A DNA stretch of 32,000 nt. It comes from Paramicrosporidium saccamoebae KSL3 (Eukaryota; Fungi; Cryptomycota). Location of the stretch: positions 11,119 to 43,118 of the forward strand of contig MTSL01000008.1 in assembly GCA_002794465.1 (NCBI GenBank), written 5' to 3'. Positions 18,320-27,446 of the stretch are shown in pieces (within the stretch, counting starts at the first letter, position 1; every line of letters starts with the position of its first letter). Position numbers and translations under genes: made by a program. Below the pieces are notes generated by a model. It saw only the letters and a program-made list of their open reading frames with translations. It was not told where the DNA came from and did no database searches.

Positions 18320-20593
18320 TCAATATTGGTTGGTAAACCAAGAATTGGATGGCAGACGCTCTCCTCCGTGTTCTTGATACCATTCTCTTGTAATCCAAGG
18401 CAGTTGGTTGTCTTCCCGACAGAGAAGAGCTGCACCGCGCCAAGTGTCGAGCATCGGATTGGCTCCCAGTGTGATGGAGAGTGGTGCACCTACTTGGAGT
18501 ACCGCTCGGAGGTCTCTCTCTAAACGAGCAGCCAGTCCCTCCGCTTGACATGCGCCGCCAGTCAGAAAGACATTTGCAGACAAAGAGTCCCGCTGGGAGG
18601 GATTCAAAATTTTGAGCAAGTCTTCAATGGCTTCTACGAGTCCGGCCTGATCGAGTCCAAGAATAGCACCGGGCTGGAACAGTCCTTCCACTGCTCGGTA
18701 TCGTTCCACGTTAACATGAAGCTGATTGGTTCTTGCACTTGGATCATCCCCATCATCTGCAATGCCATTCTTTAATCGATCGACAATTGTGACAGCCCTG
18801 CTCATCTCTGAAGCAACAATGTCGAAAAATGCATCAGGATCAAACTGTTCCAGCTGTTCTTCAATTTCGCTCAGCCGTTTCTGAATCTCTTCGTCACGCT
18901 CCCCCTCGGCTTCATCGTCTCGACTAATTTGCCGATATATAAGCCAATCGGCATCATTGTCACCAAAGCCATCATTTTCTGGGGCCTCTGGCTGTTTTGT
19001 CGTCTTTTTGCGTTTCGCCGCACTAGACTTGCCATTCGTTTTACCATTTGATTTGCCGCTTGGCTTTTCTTCTTCGTCCTCTTCGACCAGCGACACGACA
19101 TTTCTCAATCTCGCGCCAGCAGCTTGGCTTCTTCGGTCTGACAGGGCCTCTTTCTTCTTTTGTCGCAGTTTAATAATTTTCAATAATTCCTGCCTCTCAG
19201 TGTATAAATCACTCTTCCATCCACTAAAATCATTCAGCCGTCGCTGCTCTAGCGCCTTTTTCTGTTCCTCGACTCGTAAAGTCTCTACCTCCTTTTCTTT
19301 TCTCATCCTTTCGCGGGCTTCCGCAGAGTTTTTCAGCAAGCGTTGCTTCCTCTTTTCCTTAATCTCCTCGGGGGAAAGATTAGAATCAGGAATATCCACC
19401 AACGAGTAATCTGGCGTCTCTTTCGGCTCCTCGATCCCCAACATCCTGTTGAGCTCCTTTTGTTCCGCAACAATTGCAGCCTGCAGCTCTTCAATGTCCA
19501 CATAGCCAAATAACCGCAGCTGGTCCATTGACTCTTCCTCTTCTTCATCATTAAACTCTCCATCTGCTCGAATCGTTGCCGTCTTGGAAACTTGCTTTTC
19601 AAGCCTGTTCATCGACTCCAGCTGTTGTTTCTTGGCCTCCAATTTTTCTGCACGTTGTTTTTCTGCGCGTTCTCGTAGCTTTTGGGCTTGCTCCCTTCTC
19701 CTCGCAGTAAGTTGTTCACGAGCTTCTTCTTTTTGTTGCTTCTCTGCGAGCGTCTCGAAAGAGTACGGAAACTGGACCTTTATGTCATGCTCAGCGAGAG
19801 ACGTGTCAGATTGGACCATTCTTGTCAAGGTTTCATCATAATCAAGAGCGAATCGACATGCTCTATGCACTACCTCTTGAGACTGCGCAAGTGTCATTTT
19901 TGTGGGAAACGCGGGATATTTGCACTGCATCAGCTGGAGCATTGTTTCTGATGCAACATGGCCACCAAAATCGATTCTTTTGACGTGCTCGATGCGTCCG
20001 TCAAGGATCGCAGTAATAACAGTTGTATAATTTCCAATGGAAATGACCAGAGCATTGTTCGACTGTTTGTTGGCAAACCATGCCAGCGGGCCATCCGTCC
20101 CATAGCAAAGCTTCGGCGCGTTGTAAGCTTCAAATATCAACTCGCTAATCTCCTTTCTGCAACTTGGGGGATTTCCCACAACTTCTGTCATAAATATGGG
20201 ATGCACAATGGACTCGTCTTTGGAGTGGACGTGCAACTTTGAAAACACAGTATCAAGAATATGTTCTAGCGTGGAGGGCTGGTTAATGACATTTCCGTCT
20301 TCATACAATGGCTTGGAAGAGACACGTGCCATTCCCGCCGGTGCTGTTCTGCCGGTCTGAAACTGTGCAGGCTCGCCTGCCTTGTTCTGAAACCGATGTA
20401 GGATGGGATCAAATACTAGCGCAGGCAGGTCTTTGGACGCGTAGCCAGCTCGAAACTGCCACGAGCCCGCATCAACCACCACAGCATCATTCGTCCCTGT
20501 GGGTTTGTATTTTCCAAGCGCTGGAATACAGTCCGGCACCTCTTTCTGTCGCCAATTAACAGTGGTGAAATCAATAGCACGCGCTTTTGTCAT
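18320..20593 (-). CDS. ARP5: Actin-related protein 5 (INO80 complex)
   Basis: Actin fold (VVVDAGSWQFRAGY, ELIFEAYNAPKLCYGTD, NVFLTGG, LDTWRGA) with the long charged Arp5 insertion (FGDNDADWLIYR) and LHVNVERYRAVEGLFQP. Confidence 0.93.
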   Translation of the reverse strand: MTKARAIDFTTVNWRQKEVPDCIPALGKYKPTGTNDAVVVDAGSWQFRAGYASKDLPALVFDPILHRFQNKAGEPAQFQTGRTAPAGMARVSSKPLYEDGNVINQPSTLEHILDTVFSKLHVHSKDESIVHPIFMTEVVGNPPSCRKEISELIFEAYNAPKLCYGTDGPLAWFANKQSNNALVISIGNYTTVITAILDGRIEHVKRIDFGGHVASETMLQLMQCKYPAFPTKMTLAQSQEVVHRACRFALDYDETLTRMVQSDTSLAEHDIKVQFPYSFETLAEKQQKEEAREQLTARRREQAQKLRERAEKQRAEKLEAKKQQLESMNRLEKQVSKTATIRADGEFNDEEEEESMDQLRLFGYVDIEELQAAIVAEQKELNRMLGIEEPKETPDYSLVDIPDSNLSPEEIKEKRKQRLLKNSAEARERMRKEKEVETLRVEEQKKALEQRRLNDFSGWKSDLYTERQELLKIIKLRQKKKEALSDRRSQAAGARLRNVVSLVEEDEEEKPSGKSNGKTNGKSSAAKRKKTTKQPEAPENDGFGDNDADWLIYRQISRDDEAEGERDEEIQKRLSEIEEQLEQFDPDAFFDIVASEMSRAVTIVDRLKNGIADDGDDPSARTNQLHVNVERYRAVEGLFQPGAILGLDQAGLVEAIEDLLKILNPSQRDSLSANVFLTGGACQAEGLAARLERDLRAVLQVGAPLSITLGANPMLDTWRGAALLCREDNQLPWITREWYQEHGGERLPSNSWFTNQY

Positions 20594-20618
20594 CCAGAAA
20601 CTAAATATATTTAATTTT

Positions 20619-20966
20619 ATGTCTACTGATTGGGTACCAAAGCCAACTGTCGGAGCTGTTCCTCAGCGAGTGGAGCGGTATGGCTTTTCTCCCGTCAGTC
20701 TCCCGACCAAGCCGGACTATGCAAAAGACCCGCGTGTGATTGAACTGGGTGAGCGGCTGATGAAGGAAGTCTTAAAAGGGAACGGGCGAGACCTTCCAGA
20801 CCCTTGGGCGAGACGCTACGCGTGGAGGAACCATCCGTTTTACTCACCAGTCAACGTGTTGAGGAATGCATTCCCTGGACTGGGAATCGCTGTGGTTGCA
20901 TTTGGAATCTATCTTGGTCTGGAAGCTGCTGGCATTACATCTTCAGACAAGGCACAGCACCATTAA
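20619..20966 (+). CDS. NDUFB3: NADH:ubiquinone oxidoreductase (complex I) B12/NDUFB3 subunit
   Basis: DPWARRYAWR..P......NAFPGLGIAVVAFGIYLG signature. Start ATG 20619; 115 aa. Confidence 0.8.
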   Translation: MSTDWVPKPTVGAVPQRVERYGFSPVSLPTKPDYAKDPRVIELGERLMKEVLKGNGRDLPDPWARRYAWRNHPFYSPVNVLRNAFPGLGIAVVAFGIYLGLEAAGITSSDKAQHH

Positions 20967-21201
20967 ATAGTCTTTGTACATGCGAGAGCTATGTAAGATG
21001 TAAGTCTTGCTGAGAATGTGATGAATTAAATACAAAGTGGCCTTTACAAGGACCCTGTTAGATTGGGGATCCCCTAAAAGACTGTACAAAATAAATGATA
21101 CCGGAGAATTTGTCCACGGCGACCCTCATTATGTGTCAACGGATCAAAAGCCCAATAAAAAATACATTATATTCCTAGTTGATTCTATGCTATTTCTGCT
21201 T

Positions 21202-22731
21202 CTACTGTCTATTGCGTCTTTGTCGCTTTAAATTCTTTTTCTTCGATGGTCTCCTCGTTGACGATCTTCTGCACGCGCCACATCGGGCTTTCTTGCATTC
21301 ACACCAGCGTCCATAAGAATTCAGATGCTCACCAGTAGTGCCTTTTGTGCTCAGAATTTCATAGTCCCGGTTACTAAGCGCGGCACCGCGCTCGGGCTGT
21401 ATTCTAATCGATAAAGGTTGCTTTTCAGCGGGTAAAGACTCTTTCTCAGAGGATAAAGACTCTTCCTCAGCGGGTGGAGACTTTTCCTCGGCGGATAAAG
21501 GTGCCTTTTCAACGGATAGAGGCTGTGTCTCAATAGATGAAGATGTCTCATCCACGGATAAAAGCTGGCTCTCAGGGAGTAAAGGTTGCTCCTCAGCAGG
21601 TGCAGAGCGTTCCTGAACGAGTGGGGTCACTTTTCTTCTAAAACTCTTGATAGAGTTAGCTCTGTTTGAACTTGGCTGTACTCTAAGGGACTGAGATTGT
21701 TCCTCAATGGATGAGGATTTCTCCTCAGCAGATGAATACTTTTCTTCAATGGATGAAGACTGCTCTTCAGTGGATGAAGAGTGTTTCTCAACGAATGAAG
21801 CTGCTCTCATTACGAAACTCTTGCTAGAATTGGCTCTACTAAGATGCCGTTTACCCAAAGGACGAGGTAGAATCCTCATCCTGGCGAATGGACTCTTCTT
21901 ATTGTCAGTACTGCTATTAATCTTGGCCTTGCGTGGAGATGGGGATCTAATGGACTGAGGCTGTCCCTCGATGGGTGAAGGCTGCTCCTCAATGGATGGA
22001 GATTTCTCTTTAGCGGATGAAGGTTGCTCCTCAGCAGATGCAGAGTGTCTCTGAACGAATGAAGTTGCTCTCATTACAAAACTCTTGCTAGAATCGGCTC
22101 TGCTTAGACGCAGTTTACCCAAGGGGCGAGGCAAAACTCTCATCCTAGCGAATGGGTTTTTTCTCTTCTTCTCCTTAGTGTTGCTATTAAGCTTGGCATC
22201 GCGCGGAGGCTGTACCCTAAGAGACTGAGGCTGTCCCTCAGAGGTTGAAGATTTCTCAGAAATTGATGATCCCTCAGAAGCTGACGAGCCCTCAGAGGTT
22301 GAAGATTTCTCAGAAGCTGACGAGCTCTCAGAGGTTGAAGATCTCTCAGAAGTCGAGGACCCCTCAGAAGCTGACGAGCTCTCAAAGGTTGAAGATCTCT
22401 CAGAAATTGATGGTTCCTCAGAGGTTGATGATCTCTCAGAGGCTGACGAGCCCTCAGAGGTTAAGGATCTCTCAGAAGTCGAGGGCCCCTCAGAGATTGA
22501 AGACGGCCCCCCAGTAAATGAAAAGTATTCTTCAGCATGTTTGGGAGCGTAAACAAGTTCTTCCTTTTCCAATGGCACTAGGGGAGGGCTGACTACAGGA
22601 GGGTCAGACTCGTTGTTGGTTGCAGGGTGGCTTACTGGTGCAGCATTGTAAACTACATATGCTACAATGAATGCAACCGCTATCACCGCAGACGTCAGGA
22701 GCGATAGCTTCAGCAGAAAGTTGCTTTTCAT
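21202..22731 (-). CDS. Hypothetical membrane-anchored or secreted Ser/Glu-rich repeat protein
   Basis: 509-aa ORF with an N-terminal hydrophobic segment, 6-aa and 7-aa repeats, a duplicated ~88-aa basic module, and a Cys/basic C-terminus. Confidence 0.75.
   Translation of the reverse strand: MKSNFLLKLSLLTSAVIAVAFIVAYVVYNAAPVSHPATNNESDPPVVSPPLVPLEKEELVYAPKHAEEYFSFTGGPSSISEGPSTSERSLTSEGSSASERSSTSEEPSISERSSTFESSSASEGSSTSERSSTSESSSASEKSSTSEGSSASEGSSISEKSSTSEGQPQSLRVQPPRDAKLNSNTKEKKRKNPFARMRVLPRPLGKLRLSRADSSKSFVMRATSFVQRHSASAEEQPSSAKEKSPSIEEQPSPIEGQPQSIRSPSPRKAKINSSTDNKKSPFARMRILPRPLGKRHLSRANSSKSFVMRAASFVEKHSSSTEEQSSSIEEKYSSAEEKSSSIEEQSQSLRVQPSSNRANSIKSFRRKVTPLVQERSAPAEEQPLLPESQLLSVDETSSSIETQPLSVEKAPLSAEEKSPPAEEESLSSEKESLPAEKQPLSIRIQPERGAALSNRDYEILSTKGTTGEHLNSYGRWCECKKARCGACRRSSTRRPSKKKNLKRQRRNRQ
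22235..22504 (-). repeat. 18-bp tandem repeat x15 encoding SSTSEG-like hexapeptides
   Basis: Plus-strand units such as ccctcagaggttgaagat and ttctcagaagctgacgag; 15 x 18 = 270 bp. Confidence 0.95.
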
Positions 22732-23163
22732 GTTCGATGAGCAAACGAAACTATTCCCTCGGCAAGTGGACCCACGATGCCAGCCTAGGCTCCGCGGCTT
22801 TGTACCCTAGTCTTTTCATATCTCGAATATAAAATGGGAGTGCTTGGCGGAGAGTGATAGCAATATACAGGTACGTGTTGAGACGCAATCAATCACTCGA
22901 ATGCGTCCAGCTCCCCAAGTTTCGAAATTTAAGCAGAGATCAGACGGGACATCCAGACCTATCTACGGACCAGGAACTCTGCTCTCTCATGTACTGAGCA
23001 GGCAGCTGCAATTATTTTAAAAGAGATCCGCAGCTTATTTTAACCCATTTCATCGCACGTAGATTGTAGTGAATCCATGGGACACTTAGTGCCGAAAAGT
23101 TATCTACAATTTTTTGTTGAGTGTTAAAAGTATAAATATTTTCCCAAAACCTTATTCTACATA

Positions 23164-23235
23164 GGCTCTTTGGCTTAGCGGTAAAGCGTCGCTCTCGTAA
23201 AGCGAAGATCCAGGGTTCGATTCCCTGAAGGGCCT
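23164..23235 (+). tRNA. trnT: tRNA-Thr(CGT)
   Basis: Acceptor GGCTCTT/AAGGGCC, anticodon stem TCGCT/AGCGA with loop CTCGTAA, GTTCGATTC T-arm, discriminator T. Confidence 0.97.
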
Positions 23236-23547
23236 CTTACCCTTTTGTCAATTTTACATGGCTTTGTTTGGGTAAGAGGGTGCTGCGCTTGTAAAGGGTT
23301 ACGTGGTTCAGACGGGAAGAGAATTCATTTACTATTAATTCAACGGTCCATCTACTTTCTCATAATTCTTAATAAGAATCCTACCAATCAAATTCCACTA
23401 CATTGCAAAGCGTGGACAAATGGATAGTTTAGGGTGCGCTTAGATCCATTCATCCAACTGGTCGCCTTGGCTTTTTCTTTGCTAAATGGCCGCAATCACA
23501 ATACTATTCTACACTTTATAACCACATCACCAGGCTACACTCTGCAA

Positions 23548-24153
23548 TCATATTTCATTCCCTATGGTCGTCCATTTATTACGCAGATTATGCCGTCGTC
23601 CAAATATCTCTAGGTACGCTCCGTTGGGGACGAGCTGCTCAATCATGTCATACAACTCCTTAGGTTTCTTGCTTTGCTCCCTCCGCTCCGTATATATTAC
23701 ATCTGATGCAATGCCCATCCTCCACTCATCTCCCTTGCCCTTGATCCCCACTAGACAAGTCTCCTTGGCGTGCTGTAGATAGTATCCATGACATTTTGCC
23801 AGTCGCCTATTGACAGTTCGTTTGACCCAAATGACCTCTTGCGCGTAGGTGTAGCCCCATTTCCGTAACATTTGTAGTGCCATTGGTAACTTGATATTGA
23901 TAGTCCATAAGAATAATAGGCCGTTCTTTGACAGACCCTCAATTGGCAGTGCAAGTATTTCACGATCTGACATTTGCGAATACGACAGTGCAACGCCACG
24001 AGTCGGTTGCTGGCCAGCGAGCTGCCACGGCGGGTCCATTACCACCACGTCAAAGGAACCTAACCCTGCAAAGTCCAGTGTCCGGACGTCTGCGCTAATG
24101 GCCTTAGAGTCAGGAGGGGGTGGAGCAAGACATTCCTTGCAGGCGCATTGCAT
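23548..24153 (-). CDS. AMT1: MT-A70 family adenine methyltransferase of the AMT1/MTA1 (DNA 6mA) clade
   Basis: Catalytic DPPW within FDVVVMDPPWQL..QPTRGVA, then WVKRTVN.RLAK.HG.YLQHAKETCLVG, SDVI..ERR.QSKKP and YLEIFGRR.NL..W..IGNE. This matches my recollection of ciliate MTA1 much better than METTL3/IME4. Confidence 0.85.
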   Translation of the reverse strand: MQCACKECLAPPPPDSKAISADVRTLDFAGLGSFDVVVMDPPWQLAGQQPTRGVALSYSQMSDREILALPIEGLSKNGLLFLWTINIKLPMALQMLRKWGYTYAQEVIWVKRTVNRRLAKCHGYYLQHAKETCLVGIKGKGDEWRMGIASDVIYTERREQSKKPKELYDMIEQLVPNGAYLEIFGRRHNLRNKWTTIGNEI

Positions 24154-24185
24154 GACTACGGATAATTAATTTTCAACAAAGCAAT

Positions 24186-25745
24186 ATGGTGTCCAAGGAT
24201 ATCGGCAAATGCTGTCTCATTGTCATTGATGGATGGGGAGTCTCGCCAGCCAACGGAGCAGGAGACGCGATCAAAGCTGCAAAGACACCAAACATGACGC
24301 GTCTAGCCCAAGACTATCCGCATATCGAGCTGACAGCGCATGGCCGTGCGGTGGGTCTTCCCACTGGCCTTATGGGCAACTCAGAGGTCGGTCATCTGAA
24401 CATTGGCGCCGGACGACCAGTGTTCCAGGACATTGTTCGTATCGAATTGGCGCTGGAGGAGGGCAACATGGAGAAAAATGCAGTGTTGATTGAAATGTTC
24501 AACAGAGCCAAGGGCGGCAATGGACGACTGCATTTCGTTGGATTGGTATCCGATGGCGGGGTTCATGCTCACATGGATCATTTGAAGTGTCTTTTGGGAT
24601 ATGCAAAGAATGCACAGGTACCACAGGTATTTGTCCATGCCATCACAGATGGACGTGATACAGCTCCCACCAGCGCAGCTGGCTACATTGAAAATATTCT
24701 GAGCCTTATCAAAACATTGGATAACTGCAAGTTGGCGACAGTAGTTGGTCGGTATTACGCCATGGATCGTGACAAGAGATGGGAACGGACCAAGGTAGCA
24801 TTTGATGCGTTCGTATCGGGAGTTGGCACCGCCCTCGATGATCCCGTAAGCGAAATCAAGGCCCGATATGCCCGGTTTGAACCGGAACGCGATGAATTCC
24901 TAAAACCAATCATTACTGATACTGATGGTCGTATCAGGGACGGCGATGTGGTCATCTTTTTCAACTTCCGCTCTGACCGTATGCGTCAAATAGTCTCCTC
25001 CTTAGGTTTGGGACGGGACAAGCTCCAGTTTGAGGCCAAGGAATATCCAAAAGTCTCCATCGCCTGCATGACCAGCTACAATGCAGAGTTTCCCTTTCCG
25101 GTCCTCAGTCCGCCCCAGAAGCTGAGCAATGTTCTGGCCGAATGGCTGTCCAAGCAGAACGTTGCCCAATTCCATACTGCAGAGACTGAAAAGTATGCCC
25201 ACGTCACCTTTTTCTTCAATGGTGGTCGAGAGGTGACATTTGACGGCGAAGAGCGGAGGATGGTAGAATCGCCAAAGGTGGCCACCTACGACTTGCAACC
25301 CGAAATGAGCGTAGCCCAAGTAGCCGATAGCGTCATTGAAGCCCTTAACACTGCCAAATTTCCCCTTGTAATGTGCAACTTTGCTCCCCCCGACATGGTG
25401 GGACATACCGGCAAATATCTTCCAACAATCAAAGCCGTGGAGGCAACTGATGAGGCAATTGGACGGGTCTATGAGGCATGCAAAAGGACTGGCTACACAC
25501 TGCTCATTACCTCTGATCATGGGAATGCTGAAAAGATGATTTCCGAGGATGGGGGAGAGCACACGGCCCATACCTGCCAGCCTGTTCCCTTTATTGTCAC
25601 CGATCGCACAATCACTCTCCACCGTCCCGCTGATCGTGCTGCTGCTCTTTGCGATGTTGCCCCAACCATACTATCTCTATTGCATCTGCCAATTCCACCA
25701 GAAATGACAGGAGCCGACCTAACCCGGCAACCGATGGCATCGTAA
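24186..25745 (+). CDS. gpmI: 2,3-bisphosphoglycerate-independent phosphoglycerate mutase (iPGM)
   Basis: LIVIDGWG, GLMGNSEVGHLNIGAGR, SDGGVH, DGRD, GRYYAMDRDKRWER, AETEKYAHVTFFFNGG, NFAPPDMVGHTG, TSDHGNAE. Confidence 0.97.
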   Translation: MVSKDIGKCCLIVIDGWGVSPANGAGDAIKAAKTPNMTRLAQDYPHIELTAHGRAVGLPTGLMGNSEVGHLNIGAGRPVFQDIVRIELALEEGNMEKNAVLIEMFNRAKGGNGRLHFVGLVSDGGVHAHMDHLKCLLGYAKNAQVPQVFVHAITDGRDTAPTSAAGYIENILSLIKTLDNCKLATVVGRYYAMDRDKRWERTKVAFDAFVSGVGTALDDPVSEIKARYARFEPERDEFLKPIITDTDGRIRDGDVVIFFNFRSDRMRQIVSSLGLGRDKLQFEAKEYPKVSIACMTSYNAEFPFPVLSPPQKLSNVLAEWLSKQNVAQFHTAETEKYAHVTFFFNGGREVTFDGEERRMVESPKVATYDLQPEMSVAQVADSVIEALNTAKFPLVMCNFAPPDMVGHTGKYLPTIKAVEATDEAIGRVYEACKRTGYTLLITSDHGNAEKMISEDGGEHTAHTCQPVPFIVTDRTITLHRPADRAAALCDVAPTILSLLHLPIPPEMTGADLTRQPMAS

Positions 25746-25896
25746 GACTATTATTGCAGAGTATGAGCTGTTAACTACACATTGAGGGCAATAATATAAC
25801 TCTTTATATCGAATAAGTAACGCGGAATTCACCAATCATTAGATACTAAGCACTGATCTTTGATCTTTGCCTCGTGCTATATGTAAGGAGAATTGA

Positions 25897-27197
25897 TTAT
25901 TCATCAATCTCAATGCGATAACGCAACAAACCGCCAAAACCACCAAAACCTCTTACAAACTGCGCACCCTCCTGGCTCTTGTCAGTGACAAACTCGAGGA
26001 CAGCACCAAAGTTTTGATAATTGTTGGCAAGCCATTCTACCAGCGTCACCTTGTCAGTCATTTCCAGCTCAATCTCCTTGCCCGTTTCATCTTGATCAAC
26101 AAAGTTTTCCCGTCGTTTCTCCTGTTCCTTGTTGAGGACGACGGTGCGGACGGCACCGGTGGAGGGATGCGTAAAGGTATAGCGATTAGCCTCGAGATTC
26201 TCCCAGACAATCAAAGTTTCGACGGCACCCATTTCCATGCCTCGCAGTGTCTCGTCAATTCCAAAGATGAAACGACCCGTGTCCATAGAGATTTCGTCAA
26301 AGTATTTGCCAAGCAACTTTTTCTCCTCAATAAACTTGACACCCTGTAGGACCTCCTGGGACATTTCAATGGCCTGATTGAAGCCATTCTCTCCACCATA
26401 GGAAACGTCGACTGTCTTGATCACTTTGGCCACCAGACGCTGATCAAACATGTCAGACGTCTTCAGCTCCGTCTTAAAGTCGGCGGAACCGGCAAGAACA
26501 AGTCCCGCCACGTTGACCTTGTCATTGGTAATGAACACTTGAACAGCAATCTCGGCCACTTTGCGTACATAATTGTGACGCTTTTCCACCCTCAGACGGG
26601 AGAAACGCAATGCCGACTGTCCACCCCTGCCGTGTTTCTTGGGCAGATCCACGCTAATTTTGTGCAGCACCTCGCGCGTATTTCCACACAGCGTTCCAAA
26701 GAGCGCGCCATTACCATCCATCACAATAAAGCCAAATTTGAGATCACTCTCCAGCAGCTCCTGCAGCGCCTCGGTGTGGAACTTGTTATCACAGAGATAG
26801 AGAGAGGTATTAATGGGCTTGAAGGGCTCAATATCAATATTCACCTTTTTCTCCTTGCCATCCTCAGTGAGTACGGTGCCACAATAGACAACCAAACCGT
26901 TGGGCGGCACTTTGTTGTACAACTTTAGCTTTTGTTGCGTCGAGGTGATTGCGCTCAGTACAGACAGACGGTTGACGCGCGACTTGATGTTGGATGCCGT
27001 TCCGTACTCCTCGGCGAGTTTTTGTGCGATGCGTGGGATTTGGTCCTTGGGCGGGATAATCAAGGATATCATGGACGTTCCATTCCTACAATCAATAACG
27101 ATGCCTCTGCATACCCTCGCGCTGCCTCCAGGCCCTTTATGAGCTTTTTAATCTTGAACATTTCTACATTTTGCGACGATTCATTTGCTTGTTCCAT
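25897..27197 (-). CDS. SUP45: Eukaryotic release factor 1, exons 27115-27197 and 25897-27085 (423 aa)
   Basis: [12 protein letters not shown]|[28 protein letters not shown]. 29-nt GT-AG intron at 27086-27114. An upstream in-frame ATG lies at 27344. Confidence 0.96.
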
Positions 27198-27446
27198 TTC
27201 AACCGCCTCTACAAATTCGACAAAGCCAGCGAGACTGTCTGTCCGTTGGTCGTTGGTCTGCTTGTCAAAGCTTCTGCACAGACCGGGGCAGTTTTCCTGC
27301 GTATATTCCCATTGGCAGTCATGAAATTCAGTGACGCGATTCATAGATATTAATCGTTAGTTTGAGTAAGCTTTTTTAATGAACAGTATAGTGTAAAACT
27401 TGTGATATTCTGTGGGAAAGCTTTCTGGATTGGGGATATCAATCAT

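Noticed and set aside
21037-21231. 64-aa plus-strand ORF in the NDUFB3/orphan convergent gap
   Set aside because: It starts at GTG, is short and AT-rich, overlaps the orphan's 3' end, and has no recognisable features.
23164-23235. tRNA-Thr with a G2:C71 pair instead of C2:G71
   Set aside because: GG-starting tRNA-Thr genes with a U discriminator are common in eukaryotes, so this is not evidence of recoding.
25897-27197. Possible variant genetic code signalled by eRF1 or tRNA-Trp
   Set aside because: The eRF1 decoding motifs are canonical, tRNA-Trp has a normal CCA anticodon, and genes end in TAA, TAG and TGA with no in-frame stops in conserved regions.
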